From positions 908,163 to 972,162 of the forward strand of contig CAVZDD010000005.1 in assembly GCA_963773945.1 (NCBI GenBank): a stretch of DNA of 64,000 nucleotides, in the 5' to 3' direction. Origin of the DNA: an uncultured Thermoplasmata archaeon (GTDB taxonomy: Archaea; Thermoplasmatota; Thermoplasmata; Lutacidiplasmatales; UBA184). Shown one piece after another: positions 38,138-45,822 of this stretch; positions within the stretch are counted from its first letter, which is position 1, and each line of letters starts with the position of its first letter. The notes under the pieces were generated by a model, which saw only the letters and a program-made list of their open reading frames with translations, searched no databases and was not told the origin of the DNA. Position numbers and translations under genes: made by a program.

Positions 38138-38530
38138 GGAGCGACGCCCACGTCGCGCCCCCGGTTCCGCCTGCATCACGTCCTCGTGGCCGCTCCAGTC
38201 GGGTCGGAAGACGCGGCCCGCCATTTCTACGGCGACCTCATCGGGATGCCCGAGATCCCGAAGCCAGCCCATTTGGCCCGACGGGGAGGAGTCTGGTTCG
38301 ACCTCGACGGTGCCCAGTTCCACGTGGGCATCGAAACGGATTTCCGGCCGGCCCCGAAGGCCCACCCCTCGTTCGAAGTGGACGACCTCGCCGGTCTGAA
38401 GGCCCGCCTGACCCAGGCGGGGATTGAAACCTGGGAGGACGGGCCGTTCCCCAGCCGGGACCGTTTTTACGCCCGCGACCCCTTCGGCAACCGACTGGAA
38501 TTCATGAGTCCCGAACGACCCGAGCGCTGA
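38138..38530 (+). CDS. Glyoxalase/bleomycin-resistance (VOC) family protein
   Basis: RLHHVLVAAP...HFYGDLIGM...FDLDGAQFHVG...E..D..GL..RL (VOC beta-alpha-beta-beta-beta pattern). Start codon unresolved: the track ORF starts at TTG 38084 inside secG; the true start is likely a non-ATG codon after 38136. Confidence 0.5.
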   Translation, partial: GATPTSRPRFRLHHVLVAAPVGSEDAARHFYGDLIGMPEIPKPAHLARRGGVWFDLDGAQFHVGIETDFRPAPKAHPSFEVDDLAGLKARLTQAGIETWEDGPFPSRDRFYARDPFGNRLEFMSPERPER

Positions 38531-38536
38531 ACGCGC

Positions 38537-39499
38537 TCAGGCCACCCCGACCGGGGTCGGCCCGAGCCCCGGGAGGAACCGGCCCTCCTCGCGAAGCCCA
38601 AGCAGGACCACCTTAGAATCGGGCGACTCGTCGAGGATCCGGTACCCCGTCCGCGCCGCGAGTCGACGGGCGAAGGTACGTATCGCCTCGTGCGTGGGAA
38701 CGTGGGCGGATGAAAGTCTCTGGCGCGATTTGCCCATGTAGACGTACCCCTTCGGTTCGATGAAATCCGGCCGGGCCACGGAGTCGAGTTCCGCGTACTG
38801 GTCTTCCCACCCGAGGTTCCAGCCTCTCACCAGCGTGTGGCGGACTACCCGGCGCGTCTTGAGTCCCCGAATGATCTGCAACGACTCCTCGAGTCGTTGC
38901 CAGGCATCCTCGTGCGCCGGGAGAGTAAGCCGGCGGAAGAGGGGCTCATTCGGCGCGGTGACCGAGACGTACAGTTGCGTCGGGAGCGGGTCCAGATGCC
39001 GCAGGGCGTCGGGGTTGGTTCCGTTGGTCACGAGGAACGTGGTGATGCCGCGCTCGTGACAGAGTTCGAGAAACCGGTTCATTTTGGGATAGAGGGTCGG
39101 CTCGCCGGTCAGCGAGATGGCGATATGCCGCGGTTGGCGGGCCTCTTCCCAGCGGATCTCGGGAACCTCGACCTCTCCTTTGAACCCCGAGACGGCCCGG
39201 CGCTGCGCCTCCAAGGAGCGGTCGAGTAGGGTCTCCGGGTCGTCGTACTCGGGCATCGATTCGTCGTTCTCCCAGCCCTGGTTCCGCCAGCAGAACCGGC
39301 AGTGGAGATTGCACGAGTCAATGGCCGGCGACATCTGAACGCAGCGATGGCTCTGGATCCCGTAGAAGCGGCCCTTGTAGCAGTCCCGCCCGTTCAAGAG
39401 CGATTGGCGGGTCCAGTAACACGTCTTGACCGCGCTATGGCGCCCGACGAGCTGGTACCCCTGATTGGACAACTCGGCCGAGAGGTCCTGGTCGCCCAT
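38537..39499 (-). CDS. taw1: tRNA 4-demethylwyosine synthase Taw1 (radical SAM, TYW1 homolog)
   Basis: Radical-SAM cluster CNLHCRFCW, a second cluster (CYKGRFYGIQSHRCVQMSP...C), TYW1-type C-terminal region; 320 aa. Confidence 0.75.
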   Translation of the reverse strand: MGDQDLSAELSNQGYQLVGRHSAVKTCYWTRQSLLNGRDCYKGRFYGIQSHRCVQMSPAIDSCNLHCRFCWRNQGWENDESMPEYDDPETLLDRSLEAQRRAVSGFKGEVEVPEIRWEEARQPRHIAISLTGEPTLYPKMNRFLELCHERGITTFLVTNGTNPDALRHLDPLPTQLYVSVTAPNEPLFRRLTLPAHEDAWQRLEESLQIIRGLKTRRVVRHTLVRGWNLGWEDQYAELDSVARPDFIEPKGYVYMGKSRQRLSSAHVPTHEAIRTFARRLAARTGYRILDESPDSKVVLLGLREEGRFLPGLGPTPVGVA

Positions 39500-39561
39500 G
39501 CGCAGCGGAATCGGGACGTCGAGCGCCGATTAATCCTTTGGGACCGTGCGGAGCCGCCGGC

Positions 39562-40986
39562 TCACGACCCGGCCGAGCCCTCGAGTTCGGAGGCCACGAC
39601 ACCCACACGAGCCACCACACCAGCGGCTCGCCGACGCGCCGTTTCGAGGTCCGGGTCCTCGGAGAAGATCCGGAACAGCGGTTCCGTTCCCGAGGGACGC
39701 AGCAGTACCCACCCTCGACCCGAGTAGGCCTTGACACCGTCCAGGGTAACGACCCGTTCGGCCCCCTGGGCGAGTTCGGCCCCGAGCCGGTCCATCACAG
39801 TGGCCCGCAGAGCCACCGGGCAGGGGACCTTCTCCTTCACGACGTGGTAGCGGGGGAGATCGGCAAGTGCGTCCTCCAGCGACCCGCCCGTGTGCACGAG
39901 GAGGTCCAGGGTGGCCGCGAGGGTCATGGCGCCGTCTCGCGCCAGCTGGAACCGTGGGAAGATGTACCCGCCGTTATCCTCTCCACCGAACACGGCGCCC
40001 CGTTCCTGCATCGCGTGGGTGATGGACGGAGACCCGACGGGCGTGTAGAGGACCTGGCCCCCCTCCGCCCGGACCACGTCTTCGACGCTCTGGGAGGCGG
40101 TCACCGGGATCACGACCAAACCGCCGTGGCGCTGGCGGACATACTCTCGGGCGAACCACGTCAGAATGCGTTCGCCCGGAATGTAGTGGCCCCGGCCATC
40201 GACAAAAACGGCCCGGTCGGCGTCTCCGTCGTGGGCGACCCCGAAGTCCGCGCCGAGGGCCGGAACGGTCCGTACCAGTTCCTGGAGGTTTTGTTCGGTC
40301 GGCTCCGACAGGTGTCCGGGGAAGGTACCGTCGACCTGCCCATTCAGCGTCGTGAACCGGCACCCGAGTCGACGGAGGAGGGAGGGACTCGTCTCGCACG
40401 ACGCGCCGTTGCCGCAATCCAAGAGAACCCGGAAGTGCTTCTCGACGATCGCATCCCGTCGAACCTTCGATAGGATTCCGTGGAGGTACCGCTCGGCCCC
40501 GTGGGCGTCCGAGTGGATGCCGCCGATCCGATCATAGGGGACGCTCCGGAACTTTCCGGATTCCACGAACGCCTCGATGCGTTCCTCTTCACTGCGAGGG
40601 AGCTCCAGACCGTCCGCGGCAATGCACTTGATCCCATTGAACTCTGGGGGATTGTGCGACGCGGTCACGATGACGGCGAGTTGGGCCCCCACCGAGCGTA
40701 CATTGAACTGAATCGCGGGCGTTGGCAGCAACCCTAACTCGACGACCGAGTGACCTGCCGCCGCAAGGGTACCGGAGACCAGGCGGGCAAAGGCCGGACT
40801 CGAAGTTCGTCCGTCCCACCCGACTGCGACGGGGGCGCCGATGGGATAGGCCCCGCCGATCGCGGCCGCAACGGCGGTGACGAACGGGGCGTTCATCCGC
40901 TGTCCAACGACGTCGCGGATGCCGTTGGTGCCGAAGAGCCGCACGACCTCCGTGGGAAGGCGGGACAGATAATCCCTGCGTCGCAT
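39562..40986 (-). CDS. glmM: Phosphoglucosamine mutase / phosphomannomutase (archaeal GlmM-like alpha-D-phosphohexomutase)
   Basis: Active-site TASHNPPEFNGIK, metal loop FGVAHDGDADR, sugar-binding GEDNGGYIF; 474 aa. Confidence 0.85.
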   Translation of the reverse strand: MRRRDYLSRLPTEVVRLFGTNGIRDVVGQRMNAPFVTAVAAAIGGAYPIGAPVAVGWDGRTSSPAFARLVSGTLAAAGHSVVELGLLPTPAIQFNVRSVGAQLAVIVTASHNPPEFNGIKCIAADGLELPRSEEERIEAFVESGKFRSVPYDRIGGIHSDAHGAERYLHGILSKVRRDAIVEKHFRVLLDCGNGASCETSPSLLRRLGCRFTTLNGQVDGTFPGHLSEPTEQNLQELVRTVPALGADFGVAHDGDADRAVFVDGRGHYIPGERILTWFAREYVRQRHGGLVVIPVTASQSVEDVVRAEGGQVLYTPVGSPSITHAMQERGAVFGGEDNGGYIFPRFQLARDGAMTLAATLDLLVHTGGSLEDALADLPRYHVVKEKVPCPVALRATVMDRLGAELAQGAERVVTLDGVKAYSGRGWVLLRPSGTEPLFRIFSEDPDLETARRRAAGVVARVGVVASELEGSAGS

Positions 40987-41030
40987 CTCACTGCAAAAGC
41001 GGTTTATCGCCCACTATCGCTTCGCGGGCG

Positions 41031-41516
41031 ATGGACGAGCCTAAGTGGCTGGTGGACGAGATGCTCGGCCGGTTGTCGCGATACCTGCGCTTCCTTGGCT
41101 ACGACACCGAGTACGTCCATGGTCTAACGGATGACGCGGTCGTCCTGCAGGCTCAGAATACCCATCGGCGAGTTCTCACGCGCGACCACGCCTTGGCGCG
41201 CCGGTCGCCGGATAGCATTCTCCTCACCCACACGGACATCGCGGGGCAGATGCAGGAGCTGGGGCGAGCCTTCCCTCAGCTCCGGCACGACGTTCGATTC
41301 GATCGGTGCTCAGTCTGCAATGGACCGTTGGCGGTCATGGAGAGAGTCCCGCAGGCGGTGACGCACCCCCCGTCGCTGCCTCCGGAGATCCGGGACGGCC
41401 GGATTCCCGTCCACGCGTGTTCGAGGTGTGGGCACCTGTACTGGGAAGGCTCCCACACGCGGGCCGTTCGGTCGCGGCTTACGGGGTGGTTCCCCGTGGC
41501 AACGGTGAGCGGATGA
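41031..41516 (+). CDS. Mut7-C (DUF82) PIN-like RNase-domain protein with a C-terminal zinc ribbon
   Basis: N-terminal LVDEMLGRLSRYLRFLGYDT (Mut7-C signature), C-terminal CSVCNG...CSRCGH. Confidence 0.5.
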   Translation: MDEPKWLVDEMLGRLSRYLRFLGYDTEYVHGLTDDAVVLQAQNTHRRVLTRDHALARRSPDSILLTHTDIAGQMQELGRAFPQLRHDVRFDRCSVCNGPLAVMERVPQAVTHPPSLPPEIRDGRIPVHACSRCGHLYWEGSHTRAVRSRLTGWFPVATVSG

Positions 41517-42544
41517 TTGTCACCGTGTGGCTCTCCGGGGAGAACCATCGACTTGCGCGGGCCGAACTCACCGGAGCGGCTCGGCGGCTCGGAGGACGCG
41601 AGGTCGAACCGTCCGTCGTGGTGGGGGTTCCCGGCCGGGCTACGGTCGAGCTCCCCGACCAGGCGGCGGCGATCCAACTCGCGAGCCGCCTCGCGCTCGC
41701 GCACCGTTGCGCCAAAGCCTGGCCCGAGATGGATCTCGAGGGTTTAGAGTCCGGCTTGAACGACGCCGGCGGGGCCCACAGCCCGGCGGCATTCCAATGG
41801 GTCTCGGGAAGCGCCGGAACGCGACCGCCAGAGATCCTACGACGATTGGGGGCGGCGTACCAGGCCGGGGGCGGCCGCATCTCCCTCGACCATCCCGCGA
41901 GACGGTTCTGGGTCGAACCGACTCCGGGCGATCGTATTCGTCTGTTCGAGGAGGTAGGGATCGTGGACCGCCCTTCGTTCTCCGCCCGACGCACGCCCAA
42001 GCTCCCGTTCCAGCGGCCGGTCACATTGGCCCCGAGGCTCGCCCGAGCCCTGGTGAACCTGGCCCGCGTCGGGCCCGGGGACCGAGTCGTGGACCCCTTT
42101 GTCGGCACCGGATCGCTCCTGCTCGAGGCGGCCCTGGTCGGCGCCCGGACTGTCGGGGTCGATGCGAGCGCCACGATGGTTCGCGGGGCGCTCGAGAACT
42201 TCGCTCATCTCGGGCAGACTCCGGAAATGCTTCGCCAGGCGGATGCCGCAGACGCCGCGGCGGAGTTCCCTCGAGAGGCATTCGATGCGCTAGTGACGGA
42301 CCCGCCGTATGGCCGGGCGTCGGGGACCCGGGGAGAGGATCCTGAACGGCTGTGGAGTCGGGCGCTCGTCGCCTGGTCGGAACGCGTTCGTCTAGGCGGG
42401 CGCCTCGCGATCGTGGTACCGGCGGGCAGCGAGGTTCCCCGGTTCGATGCGCGTCTCGAGCAGGTCATTCCGCAGCGAGTGCATCGAAGCTTGACACGAG
42501 AGTTCCGCGTCTACGTGCGGGAGCCCGTGAGCCTGGCCGGTTAA
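41513..42544 (+). CDS. Putative RNA (guanine-N2) methyltransferase, Trm11/TrmG10-like (UPF0020)
   Basis: VVDPFVGTGSLLLEAALVG (motif I), DALVTDPPYG (motif IV, N2-G/N6-A type), N-terminal THUMP-like region; internal ATG of ORF 41306..42544; 4-bp overlap with Mut7-C. Confidence 0.6.
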   Translation: MIVTVWLSGENHRLARAELTGAARRLGGREVEPSVVVGVPGRATVELPDQAAAIQLASRLALAHRCAKAWPEMDLEGLESGLNDAGGAHSPAAFQWVSGSAGTRPPEILRRLGAAYQAGGGRISLDHPARRFWVEPTPGDRIRLFEEVGIVDRPSFSARRTPKLPFQRPVTLAPRLARALVNLARVGPGDRVVDPFVGTGSLLLEAALVGARTVGVDASATMVRGALENFAHLGQTPEMLRQADAADAAAEFPREAFDALVTDPPYGRASGTRGEDPERLWSRALVAWSERVRLGGRLAIVVPAGSEVPRFDARLEQVIPQRVHRSLTREFRVYVREPVSLAG

Positions 42545-44109
42545 TAGACGAGGACCGAATCGGGACCCGCGACCCCGCTGCCGGCCTCGTTGCAGTACTG
42601 GGAGGCGGTGAAGCCCATCTCCAGACTCGCCGCCTGGGGATTCGTGTAGGTGATGTGAAGGATCCCGCTTTGGCCCGCCGGAAGGGCGAGGAATTCGGTG
42701 GACGGGAGGCTCCACGTGCCGACGCCCGTGAACGTCGTGAGATTCCCGTTGGGAAGGACGATGGTCCAACTCGAATTAGCTAAAAACGCGGACAGCGCCG
42801 GCCCGGAGAGTGGTCCCGCGCTTACATTGACGGTGACCTGAACGACCGCCGCCGTCAGACCGTATGCATGCTGCACCTGGTCGTGGTTCACCACGGTGGC
42901 GTTGATGCTCGCCGCGAGGCCAAACGAGGTCCCATTGATGGGCGCCGAAGAGAGATGTTCGAGGCCAAAACTGTCGGACGGCGTCGAGATAGGGACGAGC
43001 ACGAATCCCCCGATCAGGACCGCCACGACGAGCGCCCCAACGATCCGGCGTTGAACGCCCAGAGGGCTGACATCGTTGAGCGGGGGCGGATGTCGCACCC
43101 CGAGGAGAATGATCAAGGCGGCGAACAGCAGCCATCCCAGATACAGGGTCAGGAAGCCGATGAGGGCTAGGAAGATGACCGCGGCGTAACTCACGTAGCG
43201 GGCTCGATCCTTGAACAGAGCCCGGAAGACGTGGCCGCCGTCCAGTTGCCCGGCCGGGAGAAGGTTGATTGAGGTGACGAGGAGCCCGACCCAGCCGGCC
43301 AGGGCGAGTGGATGAAGACTGATGATGGCGGCGGCATTTGGGACGAAGAGGGAGAAGAAGTTCCAGACCAGGGGCAGGCCGATCAGCAGATCCCCATAGT
43401 TTACCCCCAGGATCGTGGGCCCGCAGTTGAGGGGCGATAGGACGGGGGCGTGGACGCTGAGGAATATTCCCGCGATCGTGACGGGAATCGCCACCACGAA
43501 TCCGGCCAGCGGCCCGGCGGCCCCGATGTCGAAGAGAACCTTTCGGCTGGGGATCGGCTCGCGGAGACTGATGAACGCGCCGAACGTTCCGAAGATCAGG
43601 TAGGGCGGAGGCACCGCCAGAAAGTACGGCAGCGAGGCTTCGACGTGGTGGTGCCGGGCCATCACATAGTGCGCGAGCTCATGGAGACCCAGGATCGCGA
43701 GCAGCGGCGCTGCGAAGTAGATCCCGCCCCACAGAAAGTCCGCAGCCACGAGGGTGGTGCTCCCGACGTAAGAGAGCCAGAAGAAAGATCCCGCGAACGC
43801 GGTCGATACAATCGTGGCCGCGAGAAGGGCAAGGTTGACCCAGAATCCCCAGGTGTTGCGCGGCCCCCGTCGAACGATCTCGATCGAATATTCTCCCTGA
43901 AGGTAGCGGAGCTGCGGGACATAGAACTTCGGCCAGAGGTCCTGCCGGAGGGCGTCGAATTTCTCCTCCAGGGAAGCCGGGTCGGCGTGGACGAGGAGAA
44001 CCAGCGAGACCGGCGTGATCCGGGTCTCGTAGACCGGGAAGAAGCGGGAGACCTCAGCCCGAAGCCAATCGAGTTCGGGGCCCGGCGGGGACGGCAGCGG
44101 CGCCGCCAC
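42541..44109 (-). CDS. Site-2 protease (M50 family) membrane metalloprotease with a C-terminal extracytoplasmic domain
   Basis: HExxH as LGLHELAHYVMARHH within TM helices, downstream LDGG-type motif (AGQLDGGH), multiple TM helices; 522 aa. Confidence 0.8.
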   Translation of the reverse strand: MAAPLPSPPGPELDWLRAEVSRFFPVYETRITPVSLVLLVHADPASLEEKFDALRQDLWPKFYVPQLRYLQGEYSIEIVRRGPRNTWGFWVNLALLAATIVSTAFAGSFFWLSYVGSTTLVAADFLWGGIYFAAPLLAILGLHELAHYVMARHHHVEASLPYFLAVPPPYLIFGTFGAFISLREPIPSRKVLFDIGAAGPLAGFVVAIPVTIAGIFLSVHAPVLSPLNCGPTILGVNYGDLLIGLPLVWNFFSLFVPNAAAIISLHPLALAGWVGLLVTSINLLPAGQLDGGHVFRALFKDRARYVSYAAVIFLALIGFLTLYLGWLLFAALIILLGVRHPPPLNDVSPLGVQRRIVGALVVAVLIGGFVLVPISTPSDSFGLEHLSSAPINGTSFGLAASINATVVNHDQVQHAYGLTAAVVQVTVNVSAGPLSGPALSAFLANSSWTIVLPNGNLTTFTGVGTWSLPSTEFLALPAGQSGILHITYTNPQAASLEMGFTASQYCNEAGSGVAGPDSVLVY

Positions 44110-44112
44110 GGC

Positions 44113-44439
44113 TTAGCCCGCCGCCGCGGCGGCCTTGGCCGCCTTTTGGGCCTTCTTGCCCCGTTCCTTCGCGGTGTACCCGGTCAGCGTCTCCAGGAAC
44201 CGGTTGTAGCGACGCACCGTCTCGGCGGCGACCTCGTTCGAGACTTTGGGATTCATCCGGAGCTCCACGATCAACTCTCCCTTTCCGATGCGCGTGATCA
44301 GGGAACCAATAGCCCCGTACCGGGTGGTCACGGCGTCCGCCGATCGCTCGGAGGCGCCGAATTCGGCATCGGCGGTGGCGGCGATTCGGTCGAGGGTCAA
44401 CTGGGCCCGGACCGCCGGGCGCACGCTGTAATTCCCCAC
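44113..44439 (-). CDS. Hypothetical conserved small protein (108 aa) with a Lys/Ala-rich C-terminal tail
   Basis: Coding-like composition, ends KERGKKAQKAAKAAAAAG; tightly packed between S2P and PPAT; no motif recognised. Confidence 0.4.
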   Translation of the reverse strand: MGNYSVRPAVRAQLTLDRIAATADAEFGASERSADAVTTRYGAIGSLITRIGKGELIVELRMNPKVSNEVAAETVRRYNRFLETLTGYTAKERGKKAQKAAKAAAAAG

Positions 44440-44543
44440 GGTGAGCCGTTCTATCTCTCTCCGACCTTAAGGTTGACCGGGGACTCGCTCCGTGGGTAAT
44501 CCCCCGACAGAGCGGAGGGACCGCTCCGAGGAGGGGGAACGGC

Positions 44544-44765
44544 TCAGACCGTCTCGATCTCGAAGAGAACCTGGTAGCCGCGGAGGAGACGAGTCACCTC
44601 ATCACTGAGGTCGAGCAGCTGGTCGGTCGTGGCCGGGCCGCGCCAGTCGTAGAGAAAATCGTAGTTTCCCTGGGTCGGGACGAATCCAAAGCCCACGAGC
44701 CGGTCCGCGATCTCCGACGGCTTGGCTCCCTCGCTGTGGAAGCTGACGCGGAGGTAGGTTTCCAT
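44544..44765 (-). CDS. Possible small hypothetical protein (73 aa)
   Basis: METYLRVSFHSEGAKPSEIADRLVGFGFVPTQGNYDFLYDWRG... has protein-like composition, but it is an internal start in an ORF that overlaps PPAT in another frame. Confidence 0.25.
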   Translation of the reverse strand: METYLRVSFHSEGAKPSEIADRLVGFGFVPTQGNYDFLYDWRGPATTDQLLDLSDEVTRLLRGYQVLFEIETV

Positions 44766-44791
44766 CGAGCGCACGACGGGCGGACCGTAGA

Positions 44792-45322
44792 TTAACTCTT
44801 CGTCGAAGTGGCTCGCGTACGAGCGGCCCACGTCCGGAGAAGATGCCCGTCCCGGTCGATCTCGCCGGCGCGGATGCGTCGGGAGGCGATCGGTCGACCG
44901 TCCTCCCCACGAACCTGCTGGACCACGCAGACCCGGAGCGGGGCGAGCCCCCGCCGCCGGCGTTCCGCGTTGATGGAACGAGCGGCTCGACGGGTCTCCT
45001 CCGAGAGGACCAGCAGGTCGGCGCCGGGACGGACCGAACCCCCCCACCGGTCGTTCAAGGCCACGATCGACCACCGACGTCGCCCGAACCGTAGCCGGAG
45101 GAACTTTCGAAGCGAGCGACGGCGGGTTTCGTAGGACTGCACGAGTCCGACCAGGGGCTTTCGTTCCTTCCGCACAAACTTGTCGGACGTGAGGCCGATC
45201 TTGACCTCCCTCGCGCGCTGGAACGCGGCCGCCAGTAGCGCGTGATGGCCCGAATGCAGATGGTCGAAGGTCCCGCCGAGAACGGCCACGCGGGACCGAC
45301 GCCCTGGAGTCACTCGAGCCAT
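44792..45322 (-). CDS. Archaeal phosphopantetheine adenylyltransferase (cytidylyltransferase-like, COG1019)
   Basis: VAVLGGTFDHLHSGHHALL (HxGH nucleotidyltransferase motif) and ISS-like region; 176 aa. Confidence 0.75.
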   Translation of the reverse strand: MARVTPGRRSRVAVLGGTFDHLHSGHHALLAAAFQRAREVKIGLTSDKFVRKERKPLVGLVQSYETRRRSLRKFLRLRFGRRRWSIVALNDRWGGSVRPGADLLVLSEETRRAARSINAERRRRGLAPLRVCVVQQVRGEDGRPIASRRIRAGEIDRDGHLLRTWAARTRATSTKS

Positions 45323-45822
45323 GGATGGGTGGGTCCCTGCCGTCCTCGTCGCCGGCGCCCCGGACTATCGACTTGGGGACCGCCGCGAACGCCGGCGCGC
45401 ATTCGGGTCCGCGTCGTCGGAGTCGTCTCCGGTGGGTTCGTCACCGGGCGTCCCCGAGCGGGTGAGCTCGGAGAGCGAATCCAGCTCCCGGTCAAGGTCG
45501 TCGGAAGGCGGTGGGGTTCGGGGCCGGGCCAGGAGCGTGGGGGCGCGGGCCTCCTCCGTGGCTCGGCGTTCCTCGGTCATCTGGGAGAGCTGCCGCACCA
45601 GCGTCAGCCAGACCCGACCCTGGTTGGCGATTGTGCCTTCGACCCGCTCCCGGATCTCCCGGGTCCGATCCGCTAGGTCGGTCTCGATGCGTCGTAGGTC
45701 GTGAGTAAACTCCCGCCGAAGCTGGGCGTACTTGAGGTCGGCCTCCGCCGTGCTGGCGGATCCGCGTTCGAGCTCGGAGAGCCGGGTCCAGGCCTTTCGA
45801 ACGACCGGCACCAGGCGGTCGG